Source: Candidatus Poribacteria bacterium
GTDB taxonomy: Bacteria > Poribacteria > WGA-4E > JAJDTR01
Direction: 5' to 3'
Length of the DNA stretch: 64,000 nucleotides
NCBI GenBank assembly: GCA_965222225.1
Contig: CBDCTK010000002.1
Location: 4,102,296 to 4,166,295 of the forward strand
Part shown: positions 1-10,090 of the stretch, one piece after another
How positions within the stretch are numbered: the stretch's first letter is position 1
Layout of the letters: every line of letters begins with the position of its first letter
The notes under the pieces: generated by a model
Databases searched by the model: none
What the model was told of the DNA's origin: nothing
The model's input: the letters and a program-made list of their open reading frames with translations, nothing else
Program-made: the position numbers and the translations under genes

Positions 1-112
1 GCTGAGACAAGAGCACCGTACAACAATTGCAATCGTCACACACCACGAAGGATTGAAAAAAGATGCCGACCGAATCGTCCAGATGAAAGACGGCCGGATT
101 GTGTCGGAATAA
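1..112 (+). CDS. ABC transporter ATP-binding subunit, C-terminal fragment (gene starts upstream of window)
   Basis: Frame 2..112 reads LRQEHRTTIAIVTHHEGLKKDADRIVQMKDGRIVSE then TAA at 110-112; IVTHH...DRI..M.DGRIV is the conserved H-loop/C-terminal end of ABC ATPases. Confidence 0.6.
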   Translation, partial: LRQEHRTTIAIVTHHEGLKKDADRIVQMKDGRIVSE

Positions 113-217
113 AAGGAATTGGAAACGAGTATCGGGGTCGCAGGAAACGCATACCTTAGACATGGACAAATATTGAAATGGAGAAACAGTGAATCGAGGC
201 ATCGTCACACGGCTTGG

Positions 218-1606
218 ATGAGTATTTTGTTAATCCTTTTCACCTTACTCGTCCATGGACGAGCATTTGCTGAATTATACGAAGGTCCCCCGGATCTTGA
301 GGAATTGGCAATGGGGCAGGGAGGGCTAACCGGAGGTGGTTTGTCATTCATTGACGGCGATCCGTTCGTTCGTTTCCAAGTTCAGCCGGATATCGGAATC
401 GGTAAGGTCGGATTTGGGCTGGGTTTCGTGCTGCTCTATAATCCGGATGCGCAGGAGGGAGAGGATCAGATACTTGCTGAAGATGCGGAAATGTGGGATA
501 ATCCCGGCACGATGCTGCGCGCCATTCGTTACATACGTTATGCGCAGCCACGCGACCCGTTCTATGCACGTCTCGGTGAATTGGGTTTCGTGACGATCGG
601 GCATGGGTTAATCATGTCCGGGTATTCTAACTACGTCCGCCGCGGCATTAGAGCCAATCTCAGAACCGAATCACGTAGAATTGGAGCCGAATCGGTAATC
701 AATGACCTCGTAAATCCGAGGATATTTGGAGGTCGTTTATTCATCCGACCGCTACAGGGAATTAATACGGCATCAATGCTCGGCGGATTGGAACTCGGTG
801 CGACTTACCTGACCGACATCACGCCGGATATCATTCCCGATGACGAGACACCCGGCAAAGAGAATACAATCGATGAAGTTCCATTGATAGCATTGAGCGT
901 CGATGTTGGATTCCCTCTTATTGAGAACGAGCTGTTCCGGTTGGATTTATACGATGAGTTCGCGTTCCTCAACACGCAATCAAGCATCAAGGATTTAGCA
1001 GAATCTGAACCTCCGTCCGGGAACGCGATAGGGATCGGGTTGACATTCCCTAGTTCGCTCTTCAAAGTCGAGTACCGTACCTTTACCGCGGGTTTTATCC
1101 CGACGGTATTTGATTATTCCTACCAAGCTTCCGCCGTTGATTCCGTTCCCGTGTTCCTCGGACTAGGGCCAGACGTAGATAAAGGAAAGGCGAGGTACGG
1201 GTATTTCTCCATGTTTGCTTGGCAACCGATCCCGATGCTCCATATACTGGGGGCATTTGAGGACTACAATATCAGCTATCCGAAGTTGTACGCTGGTATT
1301 ACTGAATCCGGTATAGTTCAAAAAATATCGTTCCGGGCGTTCTATACCAAGCGAGACCTTGGTGAACCCGATATCGGATACCCCGACACCGAAGGCAGCG
1401 AGGACCCAAGCCTCCTCAAAGATTTGTTCCACCTTGATGAAAAATCCGCACTAATTGTTCGCGTCGAATACGAGCTATATAAGCCCGTCGTAGTAGCAGT
1501 CGTCCGTGAGTTTCGTTTTCGTCAGAGGGAAGACGCGGATGGTTTGACCGATTTTGAAACCATCCAAAAAACCACAGTCGAAGTCGGTCTTAATCTTCAG
1601 TTTTGA
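218..1606 (+). CDS. secreted protein, probable outer-membrane beta-barrel (unknown family)
   Basis: ORF track gives 119..1606 from a TTG; the in-frame ATG at 218 gives MSILLILFTLLVHGRAFA, a classical signal peptide; C-terminus TVEVGLNLQF has alternating hydrophobics ending in Phe, the OMP beta-barrel signature. Confidence 0.5.
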   Translation: MSILLILFTLLVHGRAFAELYEGPPDLEELAMGQGGLTGGGLSFIDGDPFVRFQVQPDIGIGKVGFGLGFVLLYNPDAQEGEDQILAEDAEMWDNPGTMLRAIRYIRYAQPRDPFYARLGELGFVTIGHGLIMSGYSNYVRRGIRANLRTESRRIGAESVINDLVNPRIFGGRLFIRPLQGINTASMLGGLELGATYLTDITPDIIPDDETPGKENTIDEVPLIALSVDVGFPLIENELFRLDLYDEFAFLNTQSSIKDLAESEPPSGNAIGIGLTFPSSLFKVEYRTFTAGFIPTVFDYSYQASAVDSVPVFLGLGPDVDKGKARYGYFSMFAWQPIPMLHILGAFEDYNISYPKLYAGITESGIVQKISFRAFYTKRDLGEPDIGYPDTEGSEDPSLLKDLFHLDEKSALIVRVEYELYKPVVVAVVREFRFRQREDADGLTDFETIQKTTVEVGLNLQF

Positions 1607-1765
1607 AAAATTACGAGAAGTTCCAACCGTCTTAATGGTACAAGATAGTTAGGAGATTACTTGGGCATGAGACGGTGTGCACCTGTTCTGAATCCTCGGC
1701 CTCCGGGACTTTACCATCCACCTCGCAATCACTATCGTATCCGAGTCATGATATAAGGACCAACC

Positions 1766-2785
1766 TTGCTCACCTACATCTTTAAGCGCTTACTTTCGAT
1801 GTTCCTTTCTCTTTTTGGTGTGTCGCTACTCGTGTTCTTCATGATTCACCTCATCCCCGGGGATGCAGCGCTTGCGATTTTGGGCGAGCGAGCAACGGAA
1901 GAGGCGTTGACGGAACTTCGGCAAGAGATGGGCCTTGATAAACCCCTTTACCACCAATATGGTGCATTCCTGTGGAATCTTGCCCATCTTGACCTAGGCA
2001 GATCGTTTAAGACGAGGCAGCCGGTCGTTGATGAAATTAAACGTTATTTTCCCGCTACGGTCGAATTGACAATGGCAGCCATGGCGTTTGCGATTCTGTT
2101 CGGAATGGCTGCCGGAATCATTGCTGCCGCTAATCGCGGCAAATTCTGGGATTACGCCACGATGTTCGGCTCACTTGCCGGTGTCTCAATGCCGATTTTC
2201 TGGCTTGGATTGATGCTAATTCTCCTGTTCGCGTATACCTTTCCGATTCTCCCAAGCTCGCAACGACTGGACGCGGTTTTAGATCTTGGTGTTCAGCACC
2301 GGACCCACTTCTACTTGATTGATACACTCCTCTCCGGAAATTTAACCGCGTTTCGCAGCGCGCTTTCGCACCTTATACTACCCGCCATCACACTTGGCAC
2401 CGTACCACTTGCGATTATCGCACGCATGACGCGGTCGAGCCTGCTTGAGGTGCTAAACCAACCGTATATCATGACTGCCCGTGCAAAGGGACTTCCCGAG
2501 CGGGTCGTTGTTCTCAAACATGCATTAAAAAATAGTATGATTTCTGTGTTGACAATTATCGGTCTACAGTTTGGATATCTGATGAGCGGCGCCATTCTAA
2601 CAGAACATATCTTTTCATGGCCCGGTCTAGGATCATGGTTGCGAGCTTCTGTGGAAGCCCGCGATATTCGTCCCATTCAGGGAGGCGTACTCTTTGTGGC
2701 TGCCGTGTTTATGACCGTGAACTTGGTAGTAGACCTGCTCTACGTCTACTTTGACCCGCGAATCAGGGTGGGAGAAAACGCGTGA
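1766..2785 (+). CDS. ABC transporter permease, DppB/OppB-like (peptide/nickel family)
   Basis: N-term MLTYIFKRLLSMF...IPGDAA is the conserved DppB/OppB start; multiple TM segments; 4-bp overlap with next permease. Confidence 0.85.
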   Translation: MLTYIFKRLLSMFLSLFGVSLLVFFMIHLIPGDAALAILGERATEEALTELRQEMGLDKPLYHQYGAFLWNLAHLDLGRSFKTRQPVVDEIKRYFPATVELTMAAMAFAILFGMAAGIIAAANRGKFWDYATMFGSLAGVSMPIFWLGLMLILLFAYTFPILPSSQRLDAVLDLGVQHRTHFYLIDTLLSGNLTAFRSALSHLILPAITLGTVPLAIIARMTRSSLLEVLNQPYIMTARAKGLPERVVVLKHALKNSMISVLTIIGLQFGYLMSGAILTEHIFSWPGLGSWLRASVEARDIRPIQGGVLFVAAVFMTVNLVVDLLYVYFDPRIRVGENA

Positions 2786-3624
2786 GCAATCGTGGTCGAC
2801 GGATGATAATAAGGTTGGTGAACCACAAATCGGCGGTGGCAGGAGCTTCCATACTACTCTTTTTCGTGATAATAGCAATTTTTGCTCCACTAATTGCCAC
2901 ACACGATCCTCGCGAAGCCGATGTAACGACACGCCTTGCAGGCTGGTCTACGGATCACTACTTCGGAACAGATGGCGTTGGGAGAGATATATTTAGCCGC
3001 ATAATTTATGGATCCCAAATTTCGTTGAAAATCGGTTTGGTTGCCATGACGCTGTCTATCTCCGTCGGCGCGATGTTGGGAATTCTTGCGGGCTATTACG
3101 GTGGTTGGCTCGACAACGCCATCATGCGTGTGATGGATATGATGCTTCCACTGCCGAGCATCCTGCTGGCGATGGTAATCGTAGCAATTCTGGGCACAAG
3201 TCTCACCAATGCGATAATCGCTGTTTCGATTGTGTATATTCCCCAGTACGCACGCATTTTACGCGCCTCCGTCCTCAAAATTCGCGAACAGGATTATGTA
3301 ACTGCGGCACGGGTGGTCGGCGCGAGTGACTTTCGAATCCTATGGAACGCAATCCTACCCAACTGCGTAGCACCACTGATTGTCCAATCAACGCTCGGAA
3401 TGGGTGAGGCAATTCTTGTCGCGGCTGGACTCAGCTTTTTGGGTCTCGGCGCTGAAGTCGGTGAACCCGAATGGGGGGCAATGTTGAATGAAAATCGCCA
3501 ACTCATCCGCCGTGCCCCTTGGACGGTGATGACACCGGGTATTGCCATATTCCTCACTGTTTTGGGGTTTAATTTACTCGGTGATGCCTTACGCGATGTT
3601 CTCGACCCCCAGCTTAAGACATAA
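2782..3624 (+). CDS. ABC transporter permease, DppC/OppC-like
   Basis: DHYFGTDGVGRDIFSRIIYGSQISL motif typical of DppC/OppC N-terminal region; TM-rich. Confidence 0.85.
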   Translation: MSNRGRRMIIRLVNHKSAVAGASILLFFVIIAIFAPLIATHDPREADVTTRLAGWSTDHYFGTDGVGRDIFSRIIYGSQISLKIGLVAMTLSISVGAMLGILAGYYGGWLDNAIMRVMDMMLPLPSILLAMVIVAILGTSLTNAIIAVSIVYIPQYARILRASVLKIREQDYVTAARVVGASDFRILWNAILPNCVAPLIVQSTLGMGEAILVAAGLSFLGLGAEVGEPEWGAMLNENRQLIRRAPWTVMTPGIAIFLTVLGFNLLGDALRDVLDPQLKT

Positions 3625-3745
3625 GGCGAAACAAAGTGGTTTTTATCCGAATGATTGATGAATCGCGCCACTATGAACAGACGCGCGTAATTCCCAATTG
3701 AAACTGGATGAAACGAGAGGGTTAAGAAATGGATAATTTGTACGG

Positions 3746-4639
3746 ATGAAAAACCCTGAAATTCCCAACGAGCAGCCGAATGCCAAGATGATTGCCTTCG
3801 CTTTGATGCTTGCGGTGCTTTGGGGTGGAAATTCGGTATCGATTAAAATTGGGCTGCAAGGTGTACCACCGTTGGCACTCGCCGGGTTTCGGTTCCTGCT
3901 CGCGCTCGTGGCGGTCACAGCGTGGTCTATCAGCCAACGTGTAACCATCCGTCTGAGCCGCGGAGAACTGGTTCCACTTATCCTATTGGGGATAGCATTC
4001 GTCCTGCAAATTATCACCCTAAATGTCGGCACACGTTTCACGTCGGCAGCGCGCTCCACAATCATGATTAACTTTTTTCCGTTCTTCACAGCACTGTTTG
4101 CGCATTATTGGGTGCCGGGCGACCGATTATCGTTTATAAAAATCATGGGAATCGGACTGGCATTTTGTGGTATTTTCATCACTTTCGCCCCAGCCCTCCA
4201 ACTTGGCGCTCACTCTTATCCCGTCGGCGATTTGATTGTTTTGATAAGCGCAAGCCTTCTCGGATTTCGAACAGTTGTCACTAAGCGTCTGATACAGTCC
4301 ATTCACCCTTATCGCTTACTCATCTGGTTGATGATTTTTAGCTTACCCTGTTTCTTCGGATTAAGTCTGCTTCTAGAAGATCAGTCCAACTACGCATTCT
4401 CGCCCGCGGTGATCGCCGCCATCCTGTATCAAGGACTCATCGTCGCGGGCTTCTGTTTTGTTTGCTGGACCTCTATTCTGAAAAAGCATAGCCCAAGCAA
4501 ATTGGTGGTTCTCTCTTTTGCGACACCGATCTCGGGAATAATTTTCAGCCACCTACTATTGGCTGACGAACTCGGTTTCAGTCTGATTGCCGGTGCCACA
4601 CTTGTTGCCTTCGGCATCTATCTGGTCAACAGACGATGA
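3746..4639 (+). CDS. EamA/DMT-family transporter
   Basis: 10-TM protein with two EamA-like halves (LWGGNSVSIKIGLQGVPPLALAGFRFLLA...). Confidence 0.8.
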   Translation: MKNPEIPNEQPNAKMIAFALMLAVLWGGNSVSIKIGLQGVPPLALAGFRFLLALVAVTAWSISQRVTIRLSRGELVPLILLGIAFVLQIITLNVGTRFTSAARSTIMINFFPFFTALFAHYWVPGDRLSFIKIMGIGLAFCGIFITFAPALQLGAHSYPVGDLIVLISASLLGFRTVVTKRLIQSIHPYRLLIWLMIFSLPCFFGLSLLLEDQSNYAFSPAVIAAILYQGLIVAGFCFVCWTSILKKHSPSKLVVLSFATPISGIIFSHLLLADELGFSLIAGATLVAFGIYLVNRR

Positions 4640-4755
4640 TAGTTGAAGTGCGGGCGTGTGGTGAAGAAAACGCTATTTGCTTGATTGGCTGCTTCCTCTC
4701 GCATAGGCGGGTTGTAAGATGAATTCTTGACGACGTCAACATCAATGAACACGGA

Positions 4756-4965
4756 GTGCGAATCGTGGAGGCGCTAAATTTTCATTGCAGAATTTGGAAT
4801 ACCGAACGAGAAGCCTACGGTAAACCGTTCAATGTTTGCGATCGGCACTTACAACAGATTCGAGAATCGCTTTCGGAAAACTTTGCCCCTTGCTGGATTG
4901 AACAGCTTAAGCGGACCGATGAGGCGTGTGAGGATTGCATGGCGGAGGAAGAGGAAGGATATTAA
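4756..4965 (+). CDS. small Cys-rich hypothetical protein (69 aa)
   Basis: ORF only; five Cys could form a metal site; no recognisable family. Confidence 0.2.
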   Translation: MRIVEALNFHCRIWNTEREAYGKPFNVCDRHLQQIRESLSENFAPCWIEQLKRTDEACEDCMAEEEEGY

Positions 4966-5106
4966 AGGCTATTTTCGGCGGCGCTAAGAGGCAATAATTT
5001 ATTGACCGGACGCACAGAATGGAGAGGCCTATAGATTAGTAATACCATTTCTCTATATTTACAGTGCATTGGTAGCGTCAATCAAATCTTTCTAATGCGG
5101 GGCAAG

Positions 5107-5146
5107 GGGATTTCTATCGCACTCGCTATCCGCTCGCTTGATCCCC
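5107..5146 (-). repeat. copy of modular dispersed repeat (GGGGATCAAGCGAGCGGATAGCGAGTGCGATAGAAATC, reverse orientation)
   Basis: matches the GATCAAG.GAG.GAATAGCGA.TGCGATAGAGATCC word family seen at 11.6, 27.8, 33.0, 36.2, 52-53.6, 58.7, 60.0 and 61.7 kb. Confidence 0.6.
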
Positions 5147-5405
5147 GCCTACCGGGCCTGGCGTGGAAGATAACGGTTGGTATCGGTTTTTTTATAGTTG
5201 TATAATTGAAAGACATTATACGCAATATCATTCAAGCGAAGTGGTATAAGCGTCCAGAGTCGTCGGCGCGAAAAGTGGGATGGACAATTCACTCGGTTTT
5301 TGATAGAATGGAAATAGCAATCTGAGTCCGCGTCCGGGACCTCATCGTGTGATGTGTTAAACATAGTACAATGGGTGAGGCGAATCCCCGAATGGAGAGG
5401 TTGTG

Positions 5406-6261
5406 ATATTATGACGCCAGTGCAACGATACCTGTTTTATACGACCAGTTCATCCACCTGAGATACGTTTTAAGCCCGGAGGAATTAGAAAGGGCACAAG
5501 AAGCTGCGGACCGTTACATCAATTCGCCGCCCGAAGAAATGCCGATTGGATTCGGCGAGTGCGATGTGCACGGCAATCATTGATGGTTTGCTCGCGGTTT
5601 TGCCTTTGGTAGGGCGCTGGAACACCTAACGATGCACCCGGCGGTCTGGCCCATTGTCAAAGAGATGACTGGAAACAAACCTTGCTTCTGTCGCGGCAAC
5701 TTGATGGTGGATACAGGCGAGCATACCCCTTTTCCGCTTCACGGTGGTGGAGTCGGACACACCATGGTTTTGGGAAACAATGCCGATGGAATAAACAGTC
5801 TGCGCGGCATCGGAAATCCAGGCAACCTTTACTGTGAACTATTTGACGCTTTCTGGTATTTGACCGACGTTAATCCCGGCGATGGCGGTTTCATAGTGGT
5901 GGTCGGATTACACAAAGCTGAATTCGAGTTGCCTTATGAGCAGAAGACGTATGCGTCTGCCGAAGATCTTTCAGACGGAGTGGTGAACATTACGCGCAAC
6001 GCTGGAGATTGAATCATTTCTCCCGAATCGGTCTTTCACGGCTCCCTGCAATGGGAACCCAAGGATGGAGATCATTGGTTTATTGTTAGGCGATACGCGT
6101 CTCAGTATCAACAAGCATTTCACCTTGAGGAGGATTGGCCCGAAAATCTGGCGCCGAAGTTTCTTGAGTGACTGCCTCCCGAAACACGAGACTTGCTAAA
6201 GGTCGCGTGGCGTCCGCACGACTATCATATTACCAAACGCGATGAAATCCGTTTGAAATAG
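5406..6261 (+). pseudogene. phytanoyl-CoA dioxygenase (PhyH) family gene, degraded (no start codon, in-frame TGA at about 5582, frameshift near 6010)
   Basis: Three frame pieces read YYDASATIPVLYDQFIHLRYVLSPEELERAQEAADRYI...HGNH*WFARGF...MHPAVWPIVKEMTGNKP...FWYLTDVNPGDGGFIVVVGLHKAEF (PGSH motif mutated to VGLH)... then in another frame ESVFHGSLQWEPKDGDHWFIVRRYAS (PhyH C-terminal RR.Y motif). Confidence 0.55.
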
Positions 6262-6344
6262 ATGTGATTTCTGTACAAGGGGCCTCGGTAAGGGGGCGCG
6301 AGGCACTTCTCGCTCGAATTGGATTTCAAATCCCGATTTCCTAA

Positions 6345-7520
6345 ATGAAGATAAAACAGCTACGCACCGTATCCGTCAAGATTCCCACACCCTCTCCCAA
6401 ATCGACGGCGCGGCGTCCCAGTTGGAACGAACGCGCCCCTCGCGCATTCCCGATTAACAAATACCCGGAGTTTTCCGGATTTCACACAACTACGCCCGGC
6501 TCCAAACTCAACACCCCTGTTTGGGTTCAGGTGACTGCGGACGATGGAACGTGGGGGTTAGGACGATGCGGTTTTGGAGAACCTGTTGCCGCGTTGATTG
6601 ACTCGCACTTTGCACCGTTGATCGAAGGTCGAGACCCAATGGCGTTGGAATACTTGAACGACCTTATGTGGCGTTCCACGCAACTCTTCGGGGCAAGCGG
6701 AATTTCGGCTGTGGCTCAGTCCGGCATCGACTTGGCTTTGTGGGATTTGAAAGGGAAGATACTCAATCAGCCGGTGTATAAGCTACTCGGCGGTCCTTCG
6801 CGAGAAAAAGTGGCGCTCTACTGCACATCGGATGACCTTGATTGGTCGAAAGAGTTGGGATTCAGGGCGTTCAAAATCAGCAATCCCGTGAATTATGAGA
6901 TGGGAGTTGAAGGCTTGGATCTCTTGGAGGAAAAAATCGCGAAAGCACGGGAGGAGGTTGGACCAAGCGCCGAGTTAATGTTTAATCCGGTGATGTCCTT
7001 CAATGTCGAATTTACGCTTCGGTTGGCTGAGCGGTTGAGACCATACGGGTTGCGCTGGCTGGAGGAGCCTTTAATTCCGAGCGATCTGGAAGGTCATATC
7101 GAGTTAAAACGTGCAATTACGTGGATACCTCTCGCCACAGGAGAGCACCATCACAGGCGTCAAACGTTCCGACAGTTGGTTGAGAACCGAGCGGTAGACA
7201 TCGTCCAGCCCGATATTGCCTGGTGTGGAGGGTTGTCCGAAGCTATCAAGATTTACACCATCGCGGAAGCCGCGGGTATTAGTACAATCCCGCATACGGG
7301 AGCCGGCACGCCTTGGGGACAGCACTTCGGAATTGCCATGCCCGAATCGCCGATGGCAGAGTTCTGGATGGGTTCGGATCCTGGTGTTCCGCTCGACGAA
7401 GTGTGCCCGATTCCGGGGGTGCCGATGCCCGTGAATGGCGATGTGATTCCGTCGGATGCCCCGGGCTTTGGCATGGAAATCGCCGCGGATTGGATTGAGC
7501 CTTATCGAGCCAATTCTTAA
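6345..7520 (+). CDS. enolase-superfamily dehydratase, L-rhamnonate dehydratase (RhmD)-like
   Basis: GIDLALWDLKGKILNQPVYKLLGG, ATGEHHH...VDIVQPDIAWCGGLSE and C-terminal PVNGDVIPSDAPGFGMEI all align with E. coli RhmD as I recall it. Confidence 0.8.
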   Translation: MKIKQLRTVSVKIPTPSPKSTARRPSWNERAPRAFPINKYPEFSGFHTTTPGSKLNTPVWVQVTADDGTWGLGRCGFGEPVAALIDSHFAPLIEGRDPMALEYLNDLMWRSTQLFGASGISAVAQSGIDLALWDLKGKILNQPVYKLLGGPSREKVALYCTSDDLDWSKELGFRAFKISNPVNYEMGVEGLDLLEEKIAKAREEVGPSAELMFNPVMSFNVEFTLRLAERLRPYGLRWLEEPLIPSDLEGHIELKRAITWIPLATGEHHHRRQTFRQLVENRAVDIVQPDIAWCGGLSEAIKIYTIAEAAGISTIPHTGAGTPWGQHFGIAMPESPMAEFWMGSDPGVPLDEVCPIPGVPMPVNGDVIPSDAPGFGMEIAADWIEPYRANS

Positions 7521-7655
7521 AACCGAATCCATAGGATTGACGGTACCTCTAACGTTGGAATGCCTCATAGGCTTGGTGTATAGCGGAATCGAACCGGAGA
7601 CATCTTTCGTGTTTCACGCCCCAAATCTCAATCTTTAACACAAAGGAAGTAATCA

Positions 7656-9206
7656 ATGCAATTTGACTACATCATCCAAGGCGGGAACGTTGTAGACGGT
7701 ACCGGCAAACGTGACCCGTTCCCAGCGGATGTCGGAGTCGTTCAGAACGAAATTGCCGCTATCGGGAAACTTGATGCCGCACAGGCGAGACGTATAATTT
7801 ATGCACAGGGCAAAGTTGTCAGTCCGGGGTTTATCGACGTTCACATTCATTCCGAGATTGCTCTATTGGGTGGAAGGGACCAAATGGGGAGTGTCCGTCA
7901 GGGGGTAACGACGCAACTTAGCGCACCCGACGGTTTTGGATGGGCACCTCTTCCCCCAAAACAGATAAGAGAGCTATGGCATTACACCCAGTTTGCTTAC
8001 GGGGATGCAGAACTTTCGTTCGATTGGAAGTGTGCCAAGGATTACCTGGGTATTTTTCCGGGGAACATTCCCGCGAACCTCTATCCACAAGTGCCGCATT
8101 GTGCCGTACGCTTGGAAGCGATGGGGTGGGATCCGCGACCTGCGACCGACGCAGATTTAACGCGCATGGAGGAAACTACCCGCGAATGGTTGGAGGCGGG
8201 GGCAGGTTGTCTCTGTCTGGGGCTTGACTATCAGCCTAGCGCGAACGCGGACCTTAGGGAACTTGTGACGCTGTCAAAACTTGCCGCCTCCTATGGCGCG
8301 ATATATGCCGCGCATATCCGTTACCAGCAGATTGGTCGAAAGAGAGCCTGGGAAGAGACTATCGAGTTGGCTAAGCAATCCGGGATTCCCGTTCATATTT
8401 CGCATGAGCGCGTGGATGCAGAGTCTGCGGAGTTGTTGGATCGCGTGGATAGCGAAGACATCGACCTGACCTTTGAATCCTACCTTTATCCGGCGGGAAT
8501 GACGCACCTCTCGATGATGTTGCCGCTGAGATTTCAGGTGGGAAACATGGAAGCACGGATGGAAGTTTTGAAGCAGCCGGAGACGCGACAAGAATCCCTC
8601 CCCCACCTCCAAGAAAGCCTAGGAGAGCGTGGCGATCAGATTATCGGTTATACGGCTTCCGGTCGTTATATCGGCATGACGCTCGCCGAAGCAGCGGAGA
8701 GCGAGAATAAGCCGTGGGTAGAGTTTGCTTACGATCTTACGATTGAAGAAAACGGAGTAGAGACATTAATCTTCCCGTGGCAGACACCACGTGAAGAATT
8801 TCAGTCAACCCTGGATCAGACGGCGGTACATCCTCGAATGATGATTGCGAGTGATGGGGTTTATAACATACCTCACCCTCATCCCCGTGGTTACGGTTGT
8901 TTTGTGCAATATCTCGGGCGCTATGTACGTGAACGGAAGCTAGTCTCGTTGGAGGAAGCCGTATACAAAATGAGCGGATTTCCGGCAGAACGTTTCGGAA
9001 TAAAGGACCGTGGGAGGATTGCCAAGGGGTTGGCGGCGGATGTGGTTGTCTTCGATCCGGAAACCGTTTCAGACCGTTCGACTTGGAAGAACCCGATAGA
9101 ACCACCCGTCGGCGTTGACTGGGTGTTGGTCAACGGCGTGCCGGTTGTGGAGGAGGGCAGTCTGACAGGAGCCTTGCCGGGACGTGTCCTGAGACACGAG
9201 TTTTGA
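7656..9206 (+). CDS. N-acyl-D-amino-acid deacylase (D-aminoacylase) family amidohydrolase
   Basis: FDYIIQGGNVVDGTG...VVSPGFIDVHIHSE start is the D-aminoacylase signature; about 516 aa amidohydrolase. Confidence 0.8.
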   Translation: MQFDYIIQGGNVVDGTGKRDPFPADVGVVQNEIAAIGKLDAAQARRIIYAQGKVVSPGFIDVHIHSEIALLGGRDQMGSVRQGVTTQLSAPDGFGWAPLPPKQIRELWHYTQFAYGDAELSFDWKCAKDYLGIFPGNIPANLYPQVPHCAVRLEAMGWDPRPATDADLTRMEETTREWLEAGAGCLCLGLDYQPSANADLRELVTLSKLAASYGAIYAAHIRYQQIGRKRAWEETIELAKQSGIPVHISHERVDAESAELLDRVDSEDIDLTFESYLYPAGMTHLSMMLPLRFQVGNMEARMEVLKQPETRQESLPHLQESLGERGDQIIGYTASGRYIGMTLAEAAESENKPWVEFAYDLTIEENGVETLIFPWQTPREEFQSTLDQTAVHPRMMIASDGVYNIPHPHPRGYGCFVQYLGRYVRERKLVSLEEAVYKMSGFPAERFGIKDRGRIAKGLAADVVVFDPETVSDRSTWKNPIEPPVGVDWVLVNGVPVVEEGSLTGALPGRVLRHEF

Positions 9207-9215
9207 ACTGCGCAA

Positions 9216-10022
9216 ATGGTTATTGAAGAGATGTTGGGGTGTCTGCGAATTGACGGATGGTGTGTGGTACCGGATGTCATTCCTCAAGTTCAAATCGCCC
9301 CCATACGCAAAAACGTTGAGGAAACGACATACGCGCACGGCATCAAGACTAGGGCAGATGGAGTGGCAGCCTGCAAGGGACTGTTGGCTTTTGACCAGTC
9401 GTTTGCTCCCTGTCTTGCCGACGAGCGTATCTTGGGGATAGCAGCGGCATTGTTCGGGCCACACGTACGAATCTCCTTTACGACTACCCACATCAACCTT
9501 CCCGGTAATGCGCGCGGCGGTTGGCACGCAGATTGGCCGTTCAATCAAAATAATGCGGGCCATATCCCTGCGCCCTATCCCGACGTCGTCATGCACCTGA
9601 CTGACGATATGGATGCTCTCGCCATTCACTACCGAGACGGGAGCTAACTTAATCGTGCCCGGCAGCCACCGAGCAAACAACAATCCCACCGGAAACAACG
9701 GAGTCGATCCCCTCGAACAGTATCCGGCGGAGACGCAGGCTATCGGAAATGCTGGGAGTGTGTGATGTTCGAGGGCCGGATGTGGCACGCCGCAGCAGTG
9801 AATCACAGTGACAAACCGAGGGTCGGACTAGTCGTGCGATACGCGCCATGGTGGCTGAACTTGGACGTCTTGGACGTATTGAGGCCCGGTTCGGTGGAGC
9901 GAAGACGCATGGTGGACGAAACAGGGCGACAAGATAATGAAGTCCTGCCGGTTCCCCTTCGTGTCTACGAGGCGCTCCCGGCAAACGTCCAGCCACTCTT
10001 CCGGCACTGGGTGGAACATTAG
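9216..10022 (+). pseudogene. PhyH-family Fe(II)/2OG dioxygenase with two compensating frameshifts about 130 bp apart (near 9625 and near 9760)
   Basis: frame0 ...GWHADWPF...VVMHLTDDMDAL, frame+1 TETGANLIVPGSHRANN...AIGNAGSV (the PGSH motif), then back to frame0 MFEGRMWHAAAVNHSDKPRVGLVVRYAPWW (the RxxxxY C-motif). Confidence 0.65.
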
Positions 10023-10090
10023 TTAAGTTTTTCGGCGCTTTCGCCACCTGTTACGATACAAAGATTGACAATTCGGGAAGGACAGAACCG

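Noticed and set aside
7540-7625. tRNA-like T-arm word GGAATCGAACC (revcomp of GGTTCGATTCC) suggesting a minus-strand tRNA between the enolase and D-aminoacylase genes
   Set aside because: Surrounding sequence does not fold into a cloverleaf: T-stem pairs only 3 bp, no acceptor stem/discriminator/anticodon arm could be built by eye
9520-9540. TGGCAC-N5-TTGG, a near match to the sigma-54 -24/-12 promoter
   Set aside because: Located inside the PhyH pseudogene coding sequence, -12 element imperfect (TTGG not TTGC), and no intact sigma-54 activator nearby
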